NCBI GenBank assembly: GCA_965240325.2
Contig: OZ251223.1
Location: 2,790,001 to 2,854,000 of the forward strand
Source of the DNA: Rebecca billardiae RCC1528
Taxonomy: Eukaryota; Protista; Haptophyta
Direction: 5' to 3'
Length of the DNA: 64,000 nucleotides
The position numbers and the translations under genes were made by a program. Below are positions 23,554-33,487 of this stretch, piece by piece; positions within the stretch are counted from its first letter, which is position 1, and each line of letters begins with the position of its first letter. The notes below the pieces were generated by a model, which had not been told where the DNA came from, searched no databases, and saw only the letters and a list, made by a program, of their open reading frames with translations.

Positions 23554-24484
23554 ATAATTGATCCGCGCCGCGGTGACTGACATCAGACGCGGATATGGCG
23601 CTGATGATCGTGAGTGACGTCGATAAGTTCACAATAACGTGAACGTCCCGTCGTCTCGGTCTCACTAGACTCTGTCCGGCACCGAGTCCGAGACCGAGTA
23701 GCCGTAGACGACTCGGACTAGTGACTCACGACTACATAGCGGATAGTACATACGCGCGACTCCGATATTATCTCAGACGGCGCGGCGGGCGCAAAATTCA
23801 TCGGCGGACATCTGCTGACTGCTTATTGAATCGACGGCAGGCTACTAATACTGTACTATGCCTATGATCATATCAGGCTATCGTCGTAATAATCGCGCAG
23901 CCTGCGGCTGCGGAATTGTCACTGGCTCCGTAGTCCGTCACCGTGCAGCGACTGCTGCTCGAGACCGGAGTCGGGACGACGTATACGGCAGTGCGGTTGC
24001 TATACTTGCTAGCAGTGTAGACTAACTAGTAACTAAGACTGCTGCTTGAAGCAGTTGACATAATATTCGGAACGTCGTCCGTGAGTCTGTGACTTGTGGC
24101 GGCATCATGGGCATGCAACGCGGGGCAGGCGTCCTGAAGGCTGAGTGCGGCAGACAGCACGTACGAAGCGTGTCCGCGCCGCTTCCGAGTAATCCGACCA
24201 GGTCAGTCAGTCTGACCGCGGCTGGGCCGGCGCGGCGGAGCCTGGCCGCCGCGGCCAGGCGCGCACGACGTGACATTGTCGTACCGTATATCCCTCGGGT
24301 AGGCTTCACAGCCGCGAGATTGGGGTTCTGAGATCGTGCAGTACACATAGGTCCGAGAATGTCGTAATCGCCACCGGCGGCAGTGGTGAGTGGAGTGACG
24401 AGTGGGTTTGTGTGCGCACAGGTGTGGACGAGCAAGGAGGCTCGTCAGGTAATGCTGCCCATGGCCACCAGCGATACGGTATGC

Positions 24485-24778
24485 TTAACAGAGCATGCAG
24501 CACCAGCATCGCCTGCGTGGAGGGTGCTCCCGTTCCCACTCCCGACGCATGTTCCTTCGCCTGCGTGCTGCGTGCACAATGGCCGCTTTGCGCTCTCGCA
24601 GAGCCCGCCTGAGTTGAGCATCGCTCAGATGTGCCATGCTGCTCATCTGGTCTTGCCCGACGGGAACAATTGTGCAATACATCTCGTCGAGGCTGCTGAG
24701 ACTGGATGTCGAGCCGACCGACATCTGCGGGGTTGACGGCGGCGACGCAAGCCACGCTCCGGCAAAGTGCGCCATGGT
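24485..24778 (-). CDS. Possible small protein with a basic helix and Cys-rich C-terminus (CWCCMLC)
   Basis: ATG-initiated ORF with protein-like composition (LSDAQLRRALRERK). No family recognised. Confidence 0.3.
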   Translation of the reverse strand, partial: TMAHFAGAWLASPPSTPQMSVGSTSSLSSLDEMYCTIVPVGQDQMSSMAHLSDAQLRRALRERKAAIVHAARRRRNMRREWEREHPPRRRCWCCMLC

Positions 24779-26472
24779 GCCCCGACAGGGCACGCCCCGC
24801 GGTCGGTCCAGAAGCGCGCCGTCGTCGATGCCGCTTGCGGGCGCGAAGCGGTCCGATGCGCGCGGTTTGTGCGCCCTTTCTAGTTTCTACATCAGTATCG
24901 AACCGTAGTCATCAATCACGACGATTCGTCATCGTCGTCGACTACGGAGATCGTCCCGACGACAGAATCGTCAACAGACGAAAAAAAAAATCTCCAGCGC
25001 AGAATGATGATGACTGCTAAATTCCCCTTTATAACGGGCTCCGGGTGATCAGACTGGCGGCCGAAGCCTCCAGCCCTACCCTGGCCAGCCCCCACCCAAC
25101 CACCACCCTCACCCAACCTCAAACCACTGACCGAGACACTGTCTTGATCAGATCATGGGCCTCGCCGTTACCGGGCGGCTCGGTCCGACGACGGTTCAGT
25201 TAGCTGTCGCTGACTCGGTGCACTCGGTGGTGCGCCACCATGACCATAGACTGGGCGGTGGGCCAGCTCACGAACTAACGCCACTCTAATAATAGCGGTA
25301 ACCGATGATCCAAGATAGTCATCGGTCACGAATCAGAATGCCGACACTGACGACCGACAAAGTGACTGGCGGGCCTGGCGCGGCCAGCGCTAGGACCGCG
25401 CGGCAATAATCAGCCTTACAGGCCGTCATAAGGCTCAAGATAAGTATTTAGATAGGCAACATAATTTCTGAATGTGGCGCGCGGTCTGACGAGTGACGGC
25501 CTGGCGCCCGACCTTCAACGCGGCGCCGCGGCGCCGCGCCACCCGCTAAGCAGCAGCGTAAATAAGCGCCGCACTAGACGATGATTCGTCCGCCGCCGGT
25601 ATAAGATTCCGATTTCATTATAGGCCCGCAGGCCTCAATGGCGGACAATATGCAGACTGTCTGCGCGTAATTGACGAAGCTGCTTTGAAGTAGTAGTTAG
25701 TCAATAAGTCATCACTGTAGTCACGACTACTGAGCCTGGCGGCCACGCGGGCTGACCAGGCCACACTCACGCCCACCCGTGACTCACGGCCCGCTCGGCG
25801 CTCACGCTGAACGGCGCTTCCGTGTTACTCACGGCCCGGTCAGCGGTCTGAAGGGCTGACTATCAGTATAATTGACACCGTTGACACGGCGCGGAGGCAC
25901 ACGGCCCGACGGCGACAGTGAGTAGTGACGAGTCACCCGGGACCGTTCCGAAGTAACTGCTAGAGGCCGGCCGCACCGGTCGACCGCGGGCGGCCCCGGA
26001 ATGGGCCCGCGCCCGCCCTTGATGCTTGATATTGACGGCCCCGGAATAATTGAGTCTGTACGTCTCAACTTAGAAGTCGTGCGCCACCTGAGACAGTCGT
26101 ATGGCTTGATTGACTGGTCGCGGTACTCTTATATTGTTGACGGCGCGCCTCTCGGGCACTTTGAGTAGCCGAGTGCTTTCACCGGGCCGACTGAGGCTTG
26201 AGGCCGACGTGGCAGGCGCCGCTCCCAAGCACCCCGAGTCACAGCTTGTCCGAGCAGCCATCCGCAGTAACGCAGCCGGGACCGTCCACCTCCGATCGAA
26301 GTCCGAATGTTCCGTCTGCACTTGGCCAATAGCGAGGAACATATGACACAAGGCCGCGCATCATATGTCATAATTTATTTGTCATCCGTCTGACACGCGC
26401 AATGTGAATGCCACTGGCGCAGTGCCGTGCAGGCGCTGCTAACGTACCCCGCGCGGCGTGCGGTGGGGAACA

Positions 26473-27362
26473 TCACCCAACTATGCCCGCGTGCGAGTGG
26501 TGGCTGGACGGGGCCGCGATCGCAACGTTCATCGGCCCGAGCAGCTGGCTCTGCTGGAAGCGCGTGATCCGGCTGCCCTCGATGCTGCAGACAGTAAGGG
26601 TGGCGGGAGGCGCGCGGGGTGCGAGGGGAGAGTGAGTCCAGCGTACCGCGCGGCGGATCGGGCCGAGCGCGTGGCTCCTCGCTGGGGGGGCATAGGGAGA
26701 CGCGGAGTGGGAGCGCAGCTGCGAGCGCGCGCGCACCCAAAGTGGAACTCCTTGGGAGGCACGCGCCCCAGCTTGTAGTCTGTCTCGAGGCCCCAGCCCA
26801 TCTCCTGCGCGGCCGTCACCGGCCGCGCGTACTTCTCGCTCATCGGGAGCACCGACCGCTCATTTCGCCGCTTCGCATCGACGAGCTTGGCGCCCGAGCG
26901 CCACTCCACGGGCCCCGTCGGGTTGTTCGGGTTGGGCGTGAAGGGCGTGTACGAGCGCATGAAGATCTGTGTCGACTGCTGCGCGCGCGGGAGCTCGAGC
27001 TCGTCCGGTCGGTCCCACGGGCTCGAGCGCGACAGGGGGTCGACGTCCGCGAAGCGCATCCGGTCCTCCTTGAAGATCGGAGGCCGCGGTCGGCCCGTGA
27101 TGATGTCGAAGTTGGTCCACGACTTGTACGGGTTGGGCGGCATGTACTCGCCGTGACCGTCGGGCACGCTCACGTCGCGCGCAAACATCTGATTGGTCGT
27201 GAGGAAGGGCTCACGGTCACGTGCGCTCGTGTGCAAGACCATTTTGCCGACCGTCGACATGTGGTCGCGCTTCATCTTCCTCGGGTCCTGCTTCGCCACA
27301 ACCTTCTTTGCCTTTGCGGATTCTATGATCGACTGCAGCGGATCGAAGAAGTCGTTCGGCAT
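26473..27362 (-). CDS. Ciliary MIP-like protein (FAM183/CFAP144-like); intron 26585-26736
   Basis: EKYARPVTAAQEMGW followed, after splicing, by FHFG|IEGSRITRF, resembling the FAM183-type KYxxPxTxxQExGW..SxIT motif. Confidence 0.55.
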
Positions 27363-27635
27363 GGCGGCGTGCTGGGGGCCGCGTCGCTCCGCTCGGTGGT
27401 GTGGTGGACTCGGCAGCTAAGCGTCTCGAGCACACGTACGGCCGATCCGTGTGCGCGTGCAGTCGCGCCGCGGCGCGCAGCCCAGCAACGATGCCCAAAC
27501 GAGGAGCTGCGCTCGATGCTGCGTCGGGCGGCGACGCCTGCCCAAGCGCCCAAGCCCGCGATGAAACGAGTAACGACCAGATTCGGGTTCGTCAGGACTC
27601 AGGAGGAGAAAACGGAAAATAGCAGCATCAACAAA

Positions 27636-28853
27636 ATGAGGATGGCGCCCGCCACGTGGACGTGGTGCGCGGTGGGTTTGGCCCTCGCGGGTGTGCTGCC
27701 CGCGCGCGGGGCGGAGGTTGCGACGCTGGCGCCAGAGACGCTCAAGCAGACAGTCTTCGACGACGGGCAGCCCTGGCTCATCGTGTGCCTCTCCGAGGCG
27801 CGCGGTGGCGCCGACCCAGTCCACGAGGTCGTCGGCAAGGCGGCGAGCACGTCGGCATTCCCAGAGGACGCGCGCATCGGCGTGCTGGACTGCCGTGGCA
27901 ATCTACCGTCAGGGAAGACGTCGTTCCAGCGGTTCAAGCTCGACACGAAGCTCGAGCCCGTGCTCTTTGTGGTCTCTGGCGGCGATGTCACGCAGGTGCA
28001 GCCCGATGACCTGCAGAAGCACGTGCCCAAGCCGACAGCAAAGGCCCCACGCGAGCTGTTCGCGTCGGCACGGACACACGCGCGCGCGCTTGCGGCGCTC
28101 GTTGCAAAGCTTGCCGCGCCTCACATCTCGCGCCTCACCTCCGACAAGGAGCTGCGCAGCTGCACGCGCAGGCGCGCGTGCGCGGTCGTGCTCACCTCTG
28201 ACGATCCGACGACCAGCCAGCAGCGGCTCATCGACGCGCTCGCCCGCCGATTCCGCCACGTGCACTTTGGGCTGCTGCATCTCGGGCGATACGAGTTCTC
28301 GCTCGAGTCGAAGCTCCCCGCGAAGCCCACGCGCACTGAGCCACGCGTGCTTCTGCTCAAGGCGACCGGCGGGGGCGGCCAGGGCAAGCGCTCGGAGACG
28401 AGCGCACTGGGGGCGCGGACGCATCGGGGGGAGTGGTCAGAAGATAGCGTCGGCGAGTTCATCAAGGACGCGCTCGAGGGCGAGCAGGAGCTCGTTTCCC
28501 TCAAGAAGCACCCTTCTCTGCGCTGGCGCTCCGCCAAGAAGCCGTCCGCGTCGACAACCCCGTCTCCGCCACCATCCAAGCGCTCGGGCCGTGGCGCTGG
28601 CGCAGCGCGTGGCGGCAATGTGCCGGACGCGGACGCAGCCGCCCGCGAGCGAGAGCGCCGGCGGGCGATGGACCGCGAAGGAGAAGGGCTGCTCTTTGAT
28701 GACGACGACGCGGAGGACTCCGACGAGTCCGCCGACGAGGAGGACGGGCACGTTGAGGAGCTCGTCATCGACGACGATGACCACGACGGTGCGGACGATG
28801 ATGCTGACACCAGCGCGACGATTGGTGGACTGGCAGATCGAGATGAGCTGTGA
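27636..28853 (+). CDS. ER-luminal protein with non-catalytic thioredoxin-like folds, an acidic tail and an RDEL retention signal
   Basis: Signal peptide (WCAVGLALAGVLPARG), TVFDDGQPWLIVC and IGVLDC Trx-like segments without CxxC, C-terminal RDEL. Confidence 0.75.
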   Translation: MRMAPATWTWCAVGLALAGVLPARGAEVATLAPETLKQTVFDDGQPWLIVCLSEARGGADPVHEVVGKAASTSAFPEDARIGVLDCRGNLPSGKTSFQRFKLDTKLEPVLFVVSGGDVTQVQPDDLQKHVPKPTAKAPRELFASARTHARALAALVAKLAAPHISRLTSDKELRSCTRRRACAVVLTSDDPTTSQQRLIDALARRFRHVHFGLLHLGRYEFSLESKLPAKPTRTEPRVLLLKATGGGGQGKRSETSALGARTHRGEWSEDSVGEFIKDALEGEQELVSLKKHPSLRWRSAKKPSASTTPSPPPSKRSGRGAGAARGGNVPDADAAARERERRRAMDREGEGLLFDDDDAEDSDESADEEDGHVEELVIDDDDHDGADDDADTSATIGGLADRDEL

Positions 28854-28883
28854 TGAATCTCAACATATCTTTTAAATCACTTC

Positions 28884-28915
28884 GAGAGAGAGAGGGGGGG
28901 GAGGGAGAGAGAGAG
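28884..28915. repeat. (GA)n purine-rich microsatellite
   Basis: gagagag..gggagagagagag is directly visible. Confidence 0.8.
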
Positions 28916-29371
28916 CAGAGTACAGTATAGAGTGAGTAGAGAGACGAGAGCCGTAGACGGGTCCGCGGCCGATATATGTACGAGAATCGCGTCGAGACGA
29001 ACCGCGTCGTTACTCGTTATATAGTCGTTAGGGCGACTACGTTACTCGCTAGGCGTCGTACCTTATTAGACGTCGATCTGTCTGACTCGTCTAAGACTAA
29101 GGCCTCTATAGACTCCTATAGACTCTACTGAGTCTGAGAGTGAGACTGACTGCGGCGTGGCGTACGTGCTCAGCATGTCAGCGCAACATTCGTCGGACTG
29201 CAATCTGCATGTCATAATAACCGAGCCGCAGTCGGCGTCATCCGATCGACGAGCATATGCGCGTGATGAGGCGGGCGTAGCTTAGCCGCTGCTGAGACTG
29301 TACTGCATGATGGTTGATGACACGCGTGCGCGCGACCGAGGCGCCCGCCGGCGCCGATCCGCAACAGGCGA

Positions 29372-32071
29372 TCAGGCTCCGCGCCCGGGCAGGATCCGGC
29401 TGAATATGCTGCCGCTAGGAGGCGGGTCGGCACGTGCGCGGGCCGAGGTGGGCGCATCTGCTTGCGGAGGTGGTGGGCGAGTCGACGCCTCGCCGGCGCT
29501 GCGGCTGGCGCCAGCTGGCGCCATGCCGGCGTTCGCATCCTGTTTGCCCCAGACGAGCACCGACGTCGGCGCAGCTGGCGTCTTTGCCCCAGAGCCCAGC
29601 CCACGGCGTGAAGTCTCGGCGCGCACGGCGTCGCGAGCTTCGCGCTGCCGCTCGAGCATCAGCTTGACGTCTCCGTAGTCCACCTTGTTGTTGTGGTCGA
29701 CGTCGAGGTGCAAGAACTGCGTGCGGATAGCGCTCATCACGCGCGGGTCCACGCCGTACAGCTGGGAGATCATGTACAGCAAGAAGTCGGTCTCATTCAT
29801 CTCGGCCACGCCCGCTGCCCGCAGTAGCTTCTCCACGTCGTGTGTGCGGTGCAGCGTCCACTGGATCGAGACGTGCTGCGCGATGTCCTGCACCGCCTTG
29901 GCGACGCTCGCGACCGAGATGGGGAGGTACGCGCACGCGAGCGCGCGGCCGAGGGTCGTCTTGGGCGAGAGGTCGCCGTACCCGATCGTCGTGACCGTGA
30001 TGACCGCGTAGTAGAACGAGTCGATCGCGTTCCAGCCCTCGACGAGCACGCCGAGCACGAGCCCGCCCATCAGGCACACGACGATGGGCTGCGAGAGCCG
30101 GACCATCGTGCGGATGAACTGGCAGGCCGACTCGGGCGCGGACGCCTCGCGCGCCTCCTCCAGCTCAGCCGCGCGGAGCTGGCGCTGTGCGGAGGCGGCC
30201 GCGGCCGCGTGCTGCGCATGGCCCGTCGCGTCGACGCTGCGCGCCCTGCTGCCCACGACGCTCATCCGGCGCAGCGCCGAGCTGTCGCGCACCGCGTACA
30301 GGCTCCTGATCGAGACGGAGACGATGCGCTTGCGCGCGGCCTCCTGCGCCTCGAGCAGGCCGGCGACGAACGCCACGAGCGCGAAGCCGAGGACGGCCAT
30401 GCTGGCGATGGCGAAGGCGATGGTGAACCCACGCCCCGTCTGCGTGGCCGGCGTGAGATCGCCGTAGCCCACCGTCGTCAGCGTGACGATCGCAAAGTAC
30501 GAGGCGTCTAGGGTGCTCCACCCCTCGAGCGCGCCGTACGCGCCGATCGAGAGGCCGATGGCCGCGCCGATCAGGACGAGCGAGATCGCAAAGTTGCGAG
30601 CGTTCCCGCTCTCCAGCCAGCTTTTGCGCTCTTCGGGGTGATCGAGCGTACTCGCCGAGCCCGAGCGCAGCCCGACAGAGCCGTCGCTCTGGGCGCGCTC
30701 GGCTGCCGAGCCGTTGCGGGACGCCTTGGGCTCGTCGGCGAGGGCCTCGGGGCCCGCGCAGCCGACTGCGAACGCGGCGAGCTTTGCCGCGCGCCGCGCC
30801 TTCCCCGCCGCGCCGTCCTCGGCTGGGCCGAAGATGGTGGCCTCCACGTCGATGCCCATCCGCCGCGCGAGGCGCAGGCGGCGGCTCGCGTGCGCGTGCA
30901 AGTAGGTGCAGAGGCAGCCGCACAGCGCCAGGCTGACGAGCGTCGCGGCGAGCGCGAGCGTCGTCGCGCGGTCCGACTCCTCACCCAGCGCGGCCGCGAC
31001 CCACGGCTCCCAGCGCTCCCTGTTCTCGCGCAGCCACGCACACGCCAGCGCCTCGCTCAGCGCGACGAGCTCCGCGTCCTCCTCCTTGCTGCCCGCCGCG
31101 CGCCGCCTGGCGGCCTCGGCGCCCTCAAAGTCGTGCTCGTGCATGCGGCGCAGCAGCTCCTCGAGCTCCTCGGGCTTGAACGACAGCGCGCGCAGCAGCC
31201 GCTCGGCGCTCGGGTGCGAGCGCTCGAGGCTCGGCGTGTGCAGCTTGAGCAGCGACTGCGCCGCGAAGTCGCACTCGAGCCGCCCCTTCTTCTCGCGCGT
31301 GAAGCTGTGGTCGCACCCGCGGTACTCCTCCGGAAGTGCAAGCCGGCGCAGGCTGGTTGTGTTGAGCGTCGCGAGCAGCGTGGACGGGTGGTACGCGTAC
31401 GCGAGCATCGGCTCGTCCCACTCCGCGGCCTGCCGCACGAGGTCGTCGTGGGCCGACTCCGAGCCCGCGTACCACACGCTCACGTTCAGCTTGAGCCCGT
31501 CCACCAGCGCCTCGACGATGTCGCGGTCGAACGTGTGGTCGATGTGCAGCAGCGCGCCGCACGCGCTCGGGTCGCGCTCGCTCGGCGGCGCGCGCGGCCC
31601 GGCGCACGCGGCAAACTCGCCGACGTGCTCGCGCGTAGCGCTCTCGTCGTCCAAGTCCCGGACGAGTGGCAGCCGGGACACGACTGAGCGGCGGTGCAGG
31701 GCGCGCCACGTGTCGCAGTCCTCGCCGCGGAGCAGCGCCGAGGTGGCAAAGAGGCCAGAGCGACCGCTGTAGCCGATGCCGCCGGCGCTGACGACGGAGG
31801 CGCGCGCGCGCACGAACTTGTCGTAGGCCTCGGGGTGCGAATCGGGCCACGTTTCCGCATCGATATGCACCTGGCCTGTCGAGAGCGCCTCGTAAGTCTC
31901 AGGGCCAGTCGGCATGGGCACCCGCGAGACGTTGAACGAGAGCGCCGACGACAGGAGCACGGTGAGGAGGGAGTTGACGATGAAGTGGGTCTCCCACGGG
32001 TGCTGCACCAGTCGGACACCCATCGCGCGGCTCAAAGGCCTGCCGATCTCGAGGTCGCACTCGAACGCCAT
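29372..32071 (-). CDS. Fusion protein: glycine-betaine/choline-type ABC substrate-binding domain (ProX/OpuAC-like) + TM + tandem-pore K+ channel (TPK-like) + EF-hand
   Basis: N-terminal PWET, EALSTGQVHIDAETWP, GGIGYSGRSGLF, PMLAYAYHP and ACAWLRENRERWEPW. Two pore loops, TTVGYGD and TTIGYGD. EF loop DVDHNNKVDYGD. One uninterrupted 899-aa ORF. Confidence 0.85.
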   Translation of the reverse strand: MAFECDLEIGRPLSRAMGVRLVQHPWETHFIVNSLLTVLLSSALSFNVSRVPMPTGPETYEALSTGQVHIDAETWPDSHPEAYDKFVRARASVVSAGGIGYSGRSGLFATSALLRGEDCDTWRALHRRSVVSRLPLVRDLDDESATREHVGEFAACAGPRAPPSERDPSACGALLHIDHTFDRDIVEALVDGLKLNVSVWYAGSESAHDDLVRQAAEWDEPMLAYAYHPSTLLATLNTTSLRRLALPEEYRGCDHSFTREKKGRLECDFAAQSLLKLHTPSLERSHPSAERLLRALSFKPEELEELLRRMHEHDFEGAEAARRRAAGSKEEDAELVALSEALACAWLRENRERWEPWVAAALGEESDRATTLALAATLVSLALCGCLCTYLHAHASRRLRLARRMGIDVEATIFGPAEDGAAGKARRAAKLAAFAVGCAGPEALADEPKASRNGSAAERAQSDGSVGLRSGSASTLDHPEERKSWLESGNARNFAISLVLIGAAIGLSIGAYGALEGWSTLDASYFAIVTLTTVGYGDLTPATQTGRGFTIAFAIASMAVLGFALVAFVAGLLEAQEAARKRIVSVSIRSLYAVRDSSALRRMSVVGSRARSVDATGHAQHAAAAASAQRQLRAAELEEAREASAPESACQFIRTMVRLSQPIVVCLMGGLVLGVLVEGWNAIDSFYYAVITVTTIGYGDLSPKTTLGRALACAYLPISVASVAKAVQDIAQHVSIQWTLHRTHDVEKLLRAAGVAEMNETDFLLYMISQLYGVDPRVMSAIRTQFLHLDVDHNNKVDYGDVKLMLERQREARDAVRAETSRRGLGSGAKTPAAPTSVLVWGKQDANAGMAPAGASRSAGEASTRPPPPQADAPTSARARADPPPSGSIFSRILPGRGA

Positions 32072-32348
32072 CGCGGCGGGTGATGATGCTGATGCTTGAT
32101 GGACGGCACGTGTGCACTGTGCAGCGCTGTAATAAAAGGCGGCGGCGGCGGATGCATGGGTGCTGCAAGGACTGGTGCAAGACCGCCCTTGACTGGTGCA
32201 ACCAACCCCCCGCCCGCCTGCCCACCCACCCGAGCCGGAGGGGTCAACTTGAAACTGTCGTCGTTCGCGTCGTCAATCTTTCGTCATCCGTCGTCATTGT
32301 TTGTGGGTGTCAAGGGTCCACTACAGTACCACTCTCTCCTGCTACTTA

Positions 32349-33209
32349 CTACTGCCAGGCTGCGCCCACTGCTGGCGGCCGCTGCATGGTCCAGATGGGC
32401 GGTGGCTCGTCACCGTCGATCAGAAGACGCGGATCGACGCGCCCGGCCGTCTCCACCTTCTCGACCACGGTATACCCGAGCTTGGCATAGATGCGCATGT
32501 TCCGCTCGCCCGCCGCCTCCAGGTAGCATGGCACAGGCAGCTCGGCCGCTGAGTTCGCCAGCGCGGCGACGGCGTCAAGTGCCGTGCGAGTGCAGCCGCG
32601 GCCCTGGAAGCTTGGGCTCACCGCTTGCACCAGGATGTACCAGTACACGTCGCCAAGCATGGTGCGCTCTGCCTGATCCTTCATGTCAAGAGTCTGCTCG
32701 TTCAGAGCCTCGAGTCGCGCCATCGCATGCGGCGGGTAGGCGGACGGCTTGAGGAGGTCAGGAGGGAGCGAAGCGATCATGAGAGCAAGTCGCAGCATGT
32801 GCGGCTTGCAGAATGACCTCGAATCCGCAAAGCGTGTCCGTCCTGGCGGGAGGACGACAGTGACCGACATGAGCTTGGAAGTGTCCAGGTCGCGCACGCC
32901 GACCACAAGGCCGTACATCCAGCCGAGGTTGAAGGTGAACTCCATGTACCAGCGCATCCAGGCCAGACGCGCTGGGTCGTCCCACTTGCCATAGAGGGGC
33001 TTGCCTAGCGACCAGTTGAACATCAGCTCGGGATCGGTGGTGGCCGTGCCGGCAAACGCGAGCGCCATCGCCTCGACGGCCTCTGCGCGGTCGCGAGGGA
33101 ACAGACGAACGACCTCGTGGCCCTTGTCCTTGCGCTGGAGGCGGATGGTGTCGAGCACCTCAAGGGCGCTCCTCTCGAGCTTGGCGTACGTGTTGGTCGC
33201 GCAGGGCAT
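32349..33209 (-). CDS. GNAT-family N-acetyltransferase
   Basis: YWYILVQAVSPSFQGRG (motif A) and PCYLEAAGERNMRIYAKLGY (motif B). Confidence 0.88.
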   Translation of the reverse strand: MPCATNTYAKLERSALEVLDTIRLQRKDKGHEVVRLFPRDRAEAVEAMALAFAGTATTDPELMFNWSLGKPLYGKWDDPARLAWMRWYMEFTFNLGWMYGLVVGVRDLDTSKLMSVTVVLPPGRTRFADSRSFCKPHMLRLALMIASLPPDLLKPSAYPPHAMARLEALNEQTLDMKDQAERTMLGDVYWYILVQAVSPSFQGRGCTRTALDAVAALANSAAELPVPCYLEAAGERNMRIYAKLGYTVVEKVETAGRVDPRLLIDGDEPPPIWTMQRPPAVGAAWQ

Positions 33210-33487
33210 GGGTCTTTGCTGCGTGTGTCGGTGTCGTGAGCAAGCGGGACTCGGACGGGATATCGTCGGCAAGGCGGTCGGCCTCTCTGCTCGGGCGAAC
33301 TCGAGACCGCCGTCCGGCCCGGCACCGGAGTACAGCGCCACCGGACGCACGGCTGGCGAGCTCGCGTCCCCGCCCGCCAGCCCCCGACCCCCCGGCATTC
33401 GCGGAGAGCCGGAGAGCGAAAGGGCCGTCCCCGCGGCCGACCGAGGCCGTCGCCCCTCGCGCCCTTGTGTGCGCCCGTCGGGGCACC

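Noticed and set aside
26619-27635. Long N-terminal extension of the 744-aa ORF
   Set aside because: It overlaps the antisense FAM183-like gene. The real protein most likely starts at the signal peptide (27636 or 27642).
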